Assembly (NCBI RefSeq): GCF_003010495.1
Contig: NZ_CP027570.1
Coordinates: 1,710,001 to 1,742,000 of the forward strand
Reading direction: 5' to 3'
DNA from: Megasphaera elsdenii DSM 20460
GTDB taxonomy: Bacteria; Bacillota; Negativicutes; Veillonellales; Megasphaeraceae
Length of the DNA: 32,000 bases
In this document: positions 24,630 through 31,655 of the stretch, piece after piece
Numbering within the stretch: position 1 is the stretch's first letter
How the letters are laid out: every line of letters begins with the position of its first letter
The notes under the pieces: model-generated
Told to the model about the DNA's origin: nothing
Seen by the model: the letters and a program-made list of their open reading frames with translations, nothing else
The model's database searches: none
Translations under genes and position numbers: made by a program

Positions 24630-24660
24630 AAGGCGCTGTCTTCATGCGACAGCGCCTTTT
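24625..24660 (+). terminator. Intrinsic terminator, near-identical inverted copy of the ileS terminator
   Basis: AAAAAAA is followed by GGCGCTGTC (24632-24640), loop TTCATGC, GACAGCGCC (24648-24656) and TTTT. Confidence 0.9.
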
Positions 24661-24712
24661 ATCATGCCAAGTCCGTATAGGATTTTTCAATGTATGCAAA
24701 ATCGGTAATTCG

Positions 24713-24742
24713 TTGTTCCTTTATCGTTAACTGATGTATAAT
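24713..24742 (+). promoter_or_regulatory. Candidate pncB promoter (TTGTTC-18-TATAAT)
   Basis: TTGTTC lies at 24713-24718 and TATAAT at 24737-24742. Confidence 0.5.
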
Positions 24743-24773
24743 AGGAATAACTACTTTTTGGAGGCGAGTTATC

Positions 24774-26225
24774 TTGTATACGAAAGCATTATTGACAGAC
24801 CTGTACCAGTTGACGATGATGCAGGGCTTATTTTTTGAAGGCAAGCACGAACAACAATGCGTGTTTGACCGTTACTACCGGACCAATCCCTTCCAAGGGG
24901 GGTATACGGTCGTCGCCGGGCTGGAACATCTCATCGATTATGTACACAATATACATTTCAGTGAGGACGACCTGGCCTATTTGAAGAGTACGGGCTTCTT
25001 CCAGGACGAATTTCTCGAATACTTGAAGGACCTGCGCTTTACAGGTGACATTTATGCTATGCCTGAAGGAACAGTCGCTTTTCCGCAGGAAGTGCTCCTG
25101 CGCGTCCAGACGAAGAAAGACGAAGCGTTATTGTTAGAAACATGCATGTCCATGATCATGAACCATGAAAGCCTTATTGCCACCAAGGCTCGCCGCGTCC
25201 GGACGGTGGCTGGCAAGGATAATCTCATGGAATTTGGTCTGCGCCGGGCTCAGGGGAAATCGGCCGGCGTCTACGGTGCCCGGTCGGCTATGATCGGCGG
25301 ATTTAACGGGACCAGCAACGTCCTGGCTGGGGCTAAGTTCGGCATGCCCGTTTTAGGGACGATGGCCCACAGCTGGATCATGAGCTTCTCGTCAGAACTG
25401 GAAGCTTTCCGCGCTTATGCCCGCCAGTATCCGAACAACCTCATTCTCCTGGCCGACACGTATAATACCCTGAAACAGGGGGTGCCAGATGCCATCACGA
25501 TTTTCAAGGAAATGAAAGCGGCCGGCACCCTGCCTAAGGCTTATGGCATCCGCCTGGACAGCGGCGACCTGGCTTATTTGTCGAAAGAAGCCCATAAGAT
25601 GTTTGCCGAAGCCGGCTTCCCCGATGCCATCATTGCTGCCTCCAATGACCTCGATGAAAACCTCATTTCCGAATTGAAAGCCCAGGGCTGTGTCATCAAT
25701 TCCTGGGGCGTCGGCACGAATTTGATTACCGCTAAGGACAGCCCCTCCCTGGGAGGCGTCTTTAAACTCGTCGGCCAGTATGACGACGGGAAGTTCGTAC
25801 CTAAAATCAAGATGAGCGATAATGTGGAAAAGATTTCCAATCCGGGCCTGAAGAACGTCCTGCGTATTTACGATAAAGAGACGGGCAAGATGAAGGCCGA
25901 CATCATTATCCTCGAAGGCGAAAGCATCGACGAATCGAAGGACCTCCTCCTTCAGAGCGACAAAGCCCCGTGGCGTTCGCGGACCATTCCCGGCGGGACC
26001 TACCGCGTCCAGAAGATGCTCATCCCGATTTTCCAGAAAGGTGAACTGGTCTATCAGAAACCGGACCTCAAGGAAATCATGGCCTATGCCGACCAGCAGA
26101 TCCAGACTTTATGGCCGGAATACCTGCGCCTGGTCAACCCGGAAGAAATGTGGGTCCAGCGCAGTACGAAGCTGTCGGCTTTGCGCGATAAAGTATTGAA
26201 AGAAGAATCAGCCCATTTCTTTTAG
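24774..26225 (+). CDS. pncB: Nicotinate phosphoribosyltransferase
   Basis: LLTDLYQLTMMQG...MEFGLRRAQG...GTMAHSWIMSF...GIRLDSGDL is present. The start codon is TTG, with GGAGG 10 nt upstream. Confidence 0.92.
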   Translation: MYTKALLTDLYQLTMMQGLFFEGKHEQQCVFDRYYRTNPFQGGYTVVAGLEHLIDYVHNIHFSEDDLAYLKSTGFFQDEFLEYLKDLRFTGDIYAMPEGTVAFPQEVLLRVQTKKDEALLLETCMSMIMNHESLIATKARRVRTVAGKDNLMEFGLRRAQGKSAGVYGARSAMIGGFNGTSNVLAGAKFGMPVLGTMAHSWIMSFSSELEAFRAYARQYPNNLILLADTYNTLKQGVPDAITIFKEMKAAGTLPKAYGIRLDSGDLAYLSKEAHKMFAEAGFPDAIIAASNDLDENLISELKAQGCVINSWGVGTNLITAKDSPSLGGVFKLVGQYDDGKFVPKIKMSDNVEKISNPGLKNVLRIYDKETGKMKADIIILEGESIDESKDLLLQSDKAPWRSRTIPGGTYRVQKMLIPIFQKGELVYQKPDLKEIMAYADQQIQTLWPEYLRLVNPEEMWVQRSTKLSALRDKVLKEESAHFF

Positions 26226-26236
26226 GAGATGATTGC

Positions 26237-27049
26237 ATGAAAGGTGCCATCATTGGCGATATCGCCGGTTCTGTTTATGAATTTGATAAAACAGCAGATT
26301 CCTTAGATTTCCCTTTATTTACCAGGGCCAGCCGCTTTACCGACGATACGGTGACGACTGTAGCCGTAGCGGCGGCTTTGATGGAGGGGAAGGCTTCTCA
26401 CTGTGGCTATGTCGGGCCGCTGCGGAGACAGCTCCGCTACTGGTGCCGGAAATATCCCAATGCCGGTTTCGGCGGCATGTTCCGCCGCTGGTTCCTGGCC
26501 GACGAAGCGCCGGCTTATGGAAGTTATGGCAATGGGGCAGCAATGCGCGTCAGCCCGGCCGGTTGGGTAGCCGCTTCCCTTGATGAAGCGCAGGAACTGG
26601 CTGAACTGACGGCCGTCGTCAGCCATGACCATCCGCAGGCCATCAAGGGGGCCGTCGCCGTCGCCTCGGCCATTTTCCTGGCCCGGCAGGGGAAGGGGAA
26701 AGCGGAGATTGCCGCGTATCTCCGAAAGTATTTCTATGATTTGTCCCAAACCCTGGCTCAGATCCGTCCGTCTTATGGCTTTACCTGTACGACGGACGAC
26801 AGTGTGCCTGAAGCTATCGAATGTTTCCTGGAAGGGATGGATTATGAAGATACGATTCGCAAGGCCATCTGGCTCAATGGCGATACGGATACGCAGGCAG
26901 CCATTGCCGGCAGTATCGCCGAAGCCTATTATGGCGTGCCTCAGGCGTTATGGCAGCAGGCGCTGCCTTATGTCGATGACGAAGAAATGAAGGGCGTCAT
27001 CCGGCAATTCTATCAAGATTATATTGGTTCGAGGGGGAACTCTTTTTGA
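26237..27049 (+). CDS. ADP-ribosylglycohydrolase (ARH/DraG) family protein
   Basis: GAIIGDIAGSVYEF, FTDDTVTTVAV, GNGAAMRVSP and the metal-site motif GDTDTQAAIAGSIAEAYYG are present. Confidence 0.85.
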   Translation: MKGAIIGDIAGSVYEFDKTADSLDFPLFTRASRFTDDTVTTVAVAAALMEGKASHCGYVGPLRRQLRYWCRKYPNAGFGGMFRRWFLADEAPAYGSYGNGAAMRVSPAGWVAASLDEAQELAELTAVVSHDHPQAIKGAVAVASAIFLARQGKGKAEIAAYLRKYFYDLSQTLAQIRPSYGFTCTTDDSVPEAIECFLEGMDYEDTIRKAIWLNGDTDTQAAIAGSIAEAYYGVPQALWQQALPYVDDEEMKGVIRQFYQDYIGSRGNSF

Positions 27050-27879
27050 TTTCAACAGAGACAGGCAAGAAATATGAAAAACTCCAGCAGATTTTAAAGG
27101 ATATGGGCAGCGTCGTCATCGGTTTTTCCGGCGGCGTCGACAGCACGTTCCTGACCTATGCAGCGCACCAGGCCCTGGGAGACCGCGTCCTGGCCGTGAC
27201 GGCTGTTTCGGCAACCCTGCCGGGCAGTGAAGCGGCTGACGCCAAAGCCATGGCTAAGGTCATCGGCGTCGAGCACCGTCTGGTCCATTCGACGGAATTC
27301 GAAGATACGGAATTCATCAAGAATCCGCCAGACCGCTGCTATATCTGCAAAAAGATACGCTTTACCTCACTGGTGGAGCTGGCCAAGGCCGAAGGCTATC
27401 AGTGGGTTGTCGATGGGGGGAATGTCGACGACCTCGGCGATTATCGTCCCGGCATGAAGGCATTGCAAGAATTGTCTGACTTCGTCCGCAGCCCGATGAT
27501 CGAAGCGGGGTTAGCCAAAGCGGATATCCGGGCCTTATCGAAGGAATTCGGCCTCCAGACCTGGAATAAACAGAGTGCGGCCTGCCTGGCCAGCCGTATT
27601 CCCTACGGTGTGGAACTGACGCCGCACCGCCTGGCCCAGATCGATGCAGCCGAAGCGGCGGTAGCTCCTTATATCCAGGGGTCTCTGCGCGTCCGGTATC
27701 ACGGGGATGTAGCCCGCATCGAAGTGGCTGTCGATGAAATCCCGTCGATCCTGGCTCATCGCCAGGAAATCGTCCGGGCCATCAAAGATACGGGCTTTAC
27801 CTACGTCACCCTCGATTTGGGCGGCTATGAAATGGGGAGCTTGAACGACGTGATCAATACGGATGAGGAAGTAAAATAA
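27046..27879 (+). CDS. larE: LarE-type ATP-dependent sulfur transferase (PP-loop ATP pyrophosphatase)
   Basis: The PP-loop is GFSGGVDST. DYRPGMKA, TWNKQSAACLASRIPYG (the Cys aligns with the LarE sulfur-donor Cys), VRYHGDVARIE and YVTLDLGGY are present. An extra CYIC pair suggests the Fe-S-cluster LarE subclass. The TTG start overlaps the ARH stop (TTGA). Confidence 0.8.
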   Translation: MISTETGKKYEKLQQILKDMGSVVIGFSGGVDSTFLTYAAHQALGDRVLAVTAVSATLPGSEAADAKAMAKVIGVEHRLVHSTEFEDTEFIKNPPDRCYICKKIRFTSLVELAKAEGYQWVVDGGNVDDLGDYRPGMKALQELSDFVRSPMIEAGLAKADIRALSKEFGLQTWNKQSAACLASRIPYGVELTPHRLAQIDAAEAAVAPYIQGSLRVRYHGDVARIEVAVDEIPSILAHRQEIVRAIKDTGFTYVTLDLGGYEMGSLNDVINTDEEVK

Positions 27880-27880
27880 T

Positions 27881-28513
27881 ATGGCTATTTCTAAGAAAGT
27901 AAAAGATGAAATGTTACAGCGTTTTCAGGACCAGTACGGTATCATGAAGCCGGCCCTGCATTATAACTCGCCCTTTGAACTGATGATTGCCGTCATCTTG
28001 TCGGCCCAGTGTACGGATGAGCGGGTCAATATCGTGACGGCTGGCATGTTCCCGGAATATAATACGCCGGAAAAGATGCTGACTTTAGGGTTGGAAGGCC
28101 TGGAAGAAAAGATACGGACTTGCGGCCTCTATCACAGCAAGGCCAAGAATATCCTGGCTAATTGTGCCATCCTCTGTGAGAAATACCACGGCGAAGTGCC
28201 CCAGACCTTCGATGAACTGGTGAAGCTGCCTGGCGTCGGCCGCAAGACGGCCAATGTCCTGGTCAGTATCTTGTTCGATACGCCGGCCATTGCCGTCGAT
28301 ACCCACGTGTTCCGCGTATCCAACCGCCTGCAGCTGGCGGAAGGCAAGACGCCGCTGGAAGTCGAAAAGGGACTGCAGAAGGCTATTCCCAAGGAATGGT
28401 GGAGCCGGGCCCATCATTGGCTCATTTGGCATGGCCGCCGGGTCTGCAAAGCCCGTAAGCCCTTGTGTGACAACTGCTTTTTAGCCGATCTTTGTCCGAG
28501 TTGTCAGAAATAA
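27881..28513 (+). CDS. nth: Endonuclease III
   Basis: FELMIAVILSAQCTDERVN, the HhH-GPD motif LVKLPGVGRKTANVL, the catalytic D in AVDTHV and the 4Fe-4S loop CKARKPLCDNCFLADLC are present. Confidence 0.93.
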   Translation: MAISKKVKDEMLQRFQDQYGIMKPALHYNSPFELMIAVILSAQCTDERVNIVTAGMFPEYNTPEKMLTLGLEGLEEKIRTCGLYHSKAKNILANCAILCEKYHGEVPQTFDELVKLPGVGRKTANVLVSILFDTPAIAVDTHVFRVSNRLQLAEGKTPLEVEKGLQKAIPKEWWSRAHHWLIWHGRRVCKARKPLCDNCFLADLCPSCQK

Positions 28514-28523
28514 AATAAAATCA

Positions 28524-28552
28524 TTGACAAGTAATTAAAAATTTAATAAAAT
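28524..28552 (+). promoter_or_regulatory. Promoter of the SAM-riboswitch/brnQ unit (TTGACA-17-TAAAAT)
   Basis: TTGACA lies at 28524-28529 and TAAAAT at 28547-28552. Confidence 0.7.
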
Positions 28553-28579
28553 ATTACCAATACAGACAAAATTTCATAA

Positions 28580-28680
28580 GTAATATCAAGAGCAGCTGAG
28601 GGACGGGCCCGATGACGCTGCGGCAACCTGCCAGCGGTAAGGTGCCAATTCCTACAGGCTATTCCTGAAAGATATCGTTA
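28580..28680 (+). promoter_or_regulatory. SAM-I (S-box) riboswitch aptamer
   Basis: ATATCAAGAGCAGCTGAGGGACGGGCCCGATGACGCTGCGGCAACC...GGTGCCAATTCCTACAGG...AAAGATAT matches the conserved S-box core (ATCAAGAG, GAGGGAC.GGCCCGATGA, GGCAACC, GGTGC.AATTCC) and closes P1. Confidence 0.9.
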
Positions 28681-28685
28681 TGACT

Positions 28686-28720
28686 GAGGCGCAGCTTGGA
28701 GGCAGCGCCTCTTTTCTTTT
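28686..28720 (+). terminator. Expression-platform terminator of the SAM-I riboswitch
   Basis: GAGGCGC (28686-28692) pairs with GCGCCTC (28705-28711) and is followed by TTTTCTTTT. Confidence 0.75.
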
Positions 28721-28767
28721 GGCGTATTACGTACTTATTTTCACATTTATTCTTAGGGGGTATCTTC

Positions 28768-30090
28768 ATGAACAACAATTCTTCTGGCGGCAAGGCCATC
28801 CGGGGACTGGATGTGCTCATCCTGGGGTTTGCCTTCTTCGCTACCTATTTCGGTGCAGGCAACTTGATTTTCCCGCCTCAGCTCGGCTTGAACAGCGGCA
28901 GTGATTTCCTGTCCGGCTTGGCTGGTTTGACGCTGTCCGGTATTTTCCTGCCGATTTTTACACTCATCATCATAGGCCTCAACGGCGACGTCCATGCCAT
29001 TACCGGACGGGTAGGGAAGAATACGTATAATATCCTTTTGGCAGCACTCATGCTGGTCTGTACCTTCGTATCCATTCCCCGTACCTGCGCGACGGCCATC
29101 CAGCTCGGTATTCAGGGCAACCTGCCGTCGGCACCGTTCGTCCCGCTGGTCATCGTTTATTTCGTCATCAGCTTCTTCTTCGTCGCTGACCAGAATAACG
29201 TCATGGACCGCATGGGCAAATACCTGACGCCCCTCCTGGCCCTGATCCTGGTCATCGTCGCCTTTGCCGGTATCTTCAATCCCTTGGGGACGCCCGTCGA
29301 TCCGGCTGTGGATCATCCCTTCGTCAACGCCTTCCTTGGCGGCTATAACACGGGCGACGTCCTGGTCAGCTTTATCATGGCTGCTGTCTTCATCAGTTCC
29401 ATTTACGGCAAAGGCTATACGACTGTCGGCCAGCGCAATAAAGTCCTCATCTACTGCGGCATCGTTTCCTTCATCCTGCTGCTCATCATCTACGGCAGCC
29501 TGCTCTACATGGGTGCCTGCGTCAGCGGCGATTATGCCCAGACCATCGGCCGTGCGGAACTCCTGGTCGCCATTATCCAGCGCGTCGGCACGTGGGTCAT
29601 GGTTCCCATGGGCATAGCCGTCGTCCTGGCCTGCCTGACGACGGCCATCGGTCAGGTTGCGGCTGTAGCTGAGTTCACCAGCACGGCTACGGGCAAACGC
29701 GTCAGCTACAAACAAGTGGCTGTCGTCTGCTGCATCTTGTCGGCCCTGACGGCCCTCCTCGGCGTCGACGGTATCGTCACCTACATCGGCTGGATCTTCG
29801 GTGTCTGCTACCCGCCGTGCCTGGCCCTCCTGATCCTGGGCATCATCGGTCGCTTCATGCCCAATAACGGCGCCTACAAGGGCTCGGTATACCTGGTCAC
29901 GCTCTTTGCTCTCCTGGAATCCCTGCCGGGCCTGAGCAGCCTGGGCTTTGCTAAGGCCATCGTTACGGCTACGCCCCTGTCGACCTACGGTTTCGGCTGG
30001 ATCGTGCCCTTCATCATCGGACTCATCGGCGGTTCCCTCATCGGCCACTTCGTCTCCAGCAAAGAACCGGTAGAAGCCGAAGCGAAATAA
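28768..30090 (+). CDS. brnQ: Branched-chain amino acid transport system II carrier (LIVCS/BrnQ family)
   Basis: The hallmark is FFATYFGAGNLIFPPQLG, with about 12 TM segments. The start is taken at MNNNSSGG, with RBS AGGGGG upstream. The track start at 28696 lies inside the riboswitch terminator. Confidence 0.88.
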   Translation: MNNNSSGGKAIRGLDVLILGFAFFATYFGAGNLIFPPQLGLNSGSDFLSGLAGLTLSGIFLPIFTLIIIGLNGDVHAITGRVGKNTYNILLAALMLVCTFVSIPRTCATAIQLGIQGNLPSAPFVPLVIVYFVISFFFVADQNNVMDRMGKYLTPLLALILVIVAFAGIFNPLGTPVDPAVDHPFVNAFLGGYNTGDVLVSFIMAAVFISSIYGKGYTTVGQRNKVLIYCGIVSFILLLIIYGSLLYMGACVSGDYAQTIGRAELLVAIIQRVGTWVMVPMGIAVVLACLTTAIGQVAAVAEFTSTATGKRVSYKQVAVVCCILSALTALLGVDGIVTYIGWIFGVCYPPCLALLILGIIGRFMPNNGAYKGSVYLVTLFALLESLPGLSSLGFAKAIVTATPLSTYGFGWIVPFIIGLIGGSLIGHFVSSKEPVEAEAK

Positions 30091-30118
30091 CACTAACCAC
30101 TAACCACTATCCACTAAA
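30091..30118 (+). repeat. Heptad tandem array CACTAAC CACTAAC CACTATC CACTAAA
   Basis: The array starts at the first base after the brnQ stop codon and runs into the terminator A-tract. Confidence 0.9.
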
Positions 30119-30149
30119 AATAGACTGCCTTTTGGGCAGTCTATTTTTC
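30116..30149 (+). terminator. Intrinsic terminator after brnQ
   Basis: TAGACTGCC (30121-30129) pairs with GGCAGTCTA (30135-30143) and is followed by TTTTT. Confidence 0.88.
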
Positions 30150-30153
30150 TGAC

Positions 30154-30182
30154 TTGCATAATCGAGGACTTCTCTCTATAAT
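30154..30182 (+). promoter_or_regulatory. Promoter of the aldehyde dehydrogenase gene (TTGCAT-17-TATAAT)
   Basis: TTGCAT lies at 30154-30159 and TATAAT at 30177-30182. Confidence 0.65.
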
Positions 30183-30216
30183 TAAAGAATAATCTCGAGT
30201 AAAAGGGGGTAGTTTC

Positions 30217-31629
30217 ATGGATTTGAAGAAATTATACATCAATGGTCAGTGGGTGGCACCTTTATCCGGCCAATATATCGAGGTCGAGAATCCGGCGGAT
30301 AAGAGCGTCTTTGCTACGGTCGCTGCGGCCGGTGCCGATGATGTTGCTGCGGCTGCCAAGGCCGCGGCCATGGCTTTCTCGGCCTGGTCGGCTATGCCGC
30401 TGGAAGACCGCATCACGTATATGAAAAATTTGCTGGTCCAGATGATTAAACTGGAACCGCAGCTCGTCGACGCTGTCGTCAAGGAATTAGGGGCACCGGT
30501 GGCCTTTGCCCGGACTAACCATATCGGCTACCAGTTCGTGCGGACCCAGTCGTATATCGACTTGGCACCAGAATTGCCACTGGTCGAACATTTATCTCAA
30601 TCCGTCGTCTATCGTCGGCCTTTAGGCGTTATCGGCTGCATCACCCCTTGGAATTATCCTTTAGGCCAGATTATCCAGAAAGTCGTCCCAGCTCTGCTCG
30701 TCGGAGCGACGGTCGTCCTCAAGCCGAGCCAGCACACGCCGGTGACGGCGTACTATCTGGCCGAAGCCTTTGACCGGGCCGGTTTCCCAAAAGGTGTCTT
30801 CAACCTCGTCGCCGGCCGGGGCAGCCAGGTCGGCAATGCCATCTGTGATGACCCGAATATCGCCATGGTTTCTTTTACCGGCTCGACGGCAGCTGGCATC
30901 AAGGTCTCCCAACGCGCCTTGGGCTCTATGAAGCGCATCAGCATGGAATTGGGTGGCAAGTCGCCTTTCATCCTCTTGAAAGGGGCGGACTATGAAAAAG
31001 CCATCCGCCAGTGCTTCAATTCTATTTTCCTCAATAGCGGCCAGACCTGTACAGCCTTGTCACGTCTAATCATCCCTCGGGAAGAAAAGGGCAAGATTGA
31101 ACAGCTCATGCTGAAGATACTGCCGGAATACACGGTCGGCGACCCGTCCCTGGAAACGACGAAAATCGGCCCTGTCGTTTCGTATGACCAGTGGCAGACC
31201 GTCGATACATACATCGCCAAAGGCATGGAAGAAGGGGCAACCCTCTTGGCCGGCAGCCGTCCGGAAGCTCCGGAAAAAGGCTACTATGTCAAGCCTGTCA
31301 TCTTTACGGATGTGACCAACGATATGACCATTGCCCGTGAAGAGATTTTCGGGCCTGTCCTCTGCGTCATTACCTATGATACGGTTGAGGAAGCCCTGGC
31401 CATTGCCAACGATACGCCGTATGGCCTCAATGCGGCCGTCTGGGGCCCGGATAAAGCCGAAGCTTCCAAAGTGGCAGCGGCTATCCTGTCGGGCAATGTC
31501 TACGTCAACGACAGCCCGCGTGACGTCACAGCGCCTTTCGGCGGTTTCAAGGACAGCGGAATCGGCCGTGAAGGCGGCAAGGATGGGATGCTGGAATTTA
31601 CAGAACCTCAGGCCATTTTTAATGCATAA
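30217..31629 (+). CDS. NAD(P)-dependent aldehyde dehydrogenase family protein
   Basis: The catalytic Glu is in MELGGKSP and the catalytic Cys in LNSGQTCTA. The NAD-binding motif is FTGSTAAG and the C-terminal motif is EEIFGPV...PFGGFKDSGIGRE. Confidence 0.9.
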   Translation: MDLKKLYINGQWVAPLSGQYIEVENPADKSVFATVAAAGADDVAAAAKAAAMAFSAWSAMPLEDRITYMKNLLVQMIKLEPQLVDAVVKELGAPVAFARTNHIGYQFVRTQSYIDLAPELPLVEHLSQSVVYRRPLGVIGCITPWNYPLGQIIQKVVPALLVGATVVLKPSQHTPVTAYYLAEAFDRAGFPKGVFNLVAGRGSQVGNAICDDPNIAMVSFTGSTAAGIKVSQRALGSMKRISMELGGKSPFILLKGADYEKAIRQCFNSIFLNSGQTCTALSRLIIPREEKGKIEQLMLKILPEYTVGDPSLETTKIGPVVSYDQWQTVDTYIAKGMEEGATLLAGSRPEAPEKGYYVKPVIFTDVTNDMTIAREEIFGPVLCVITYDTVEEALAIANDTPYGLNAAVWGPDKAEASKVAAAILSGNVYVNDSPRDVTAPFGGFKDSGIGREGGKDGMLEFTEPQAIFNA

Positions 31630-31655
31630 TCAGTTACAGGAGGAGTTTTAGCGTT

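Noticed and set aside
28753-30093. A 446-aa minus-strand ORF coextensive with brnQ.
   Set aside because: It is an antisense shadow. The product is highly charged (D/E/R/G-rich) and has no start context, whereas the plus frame encodes a coherent 12-TM transporter.
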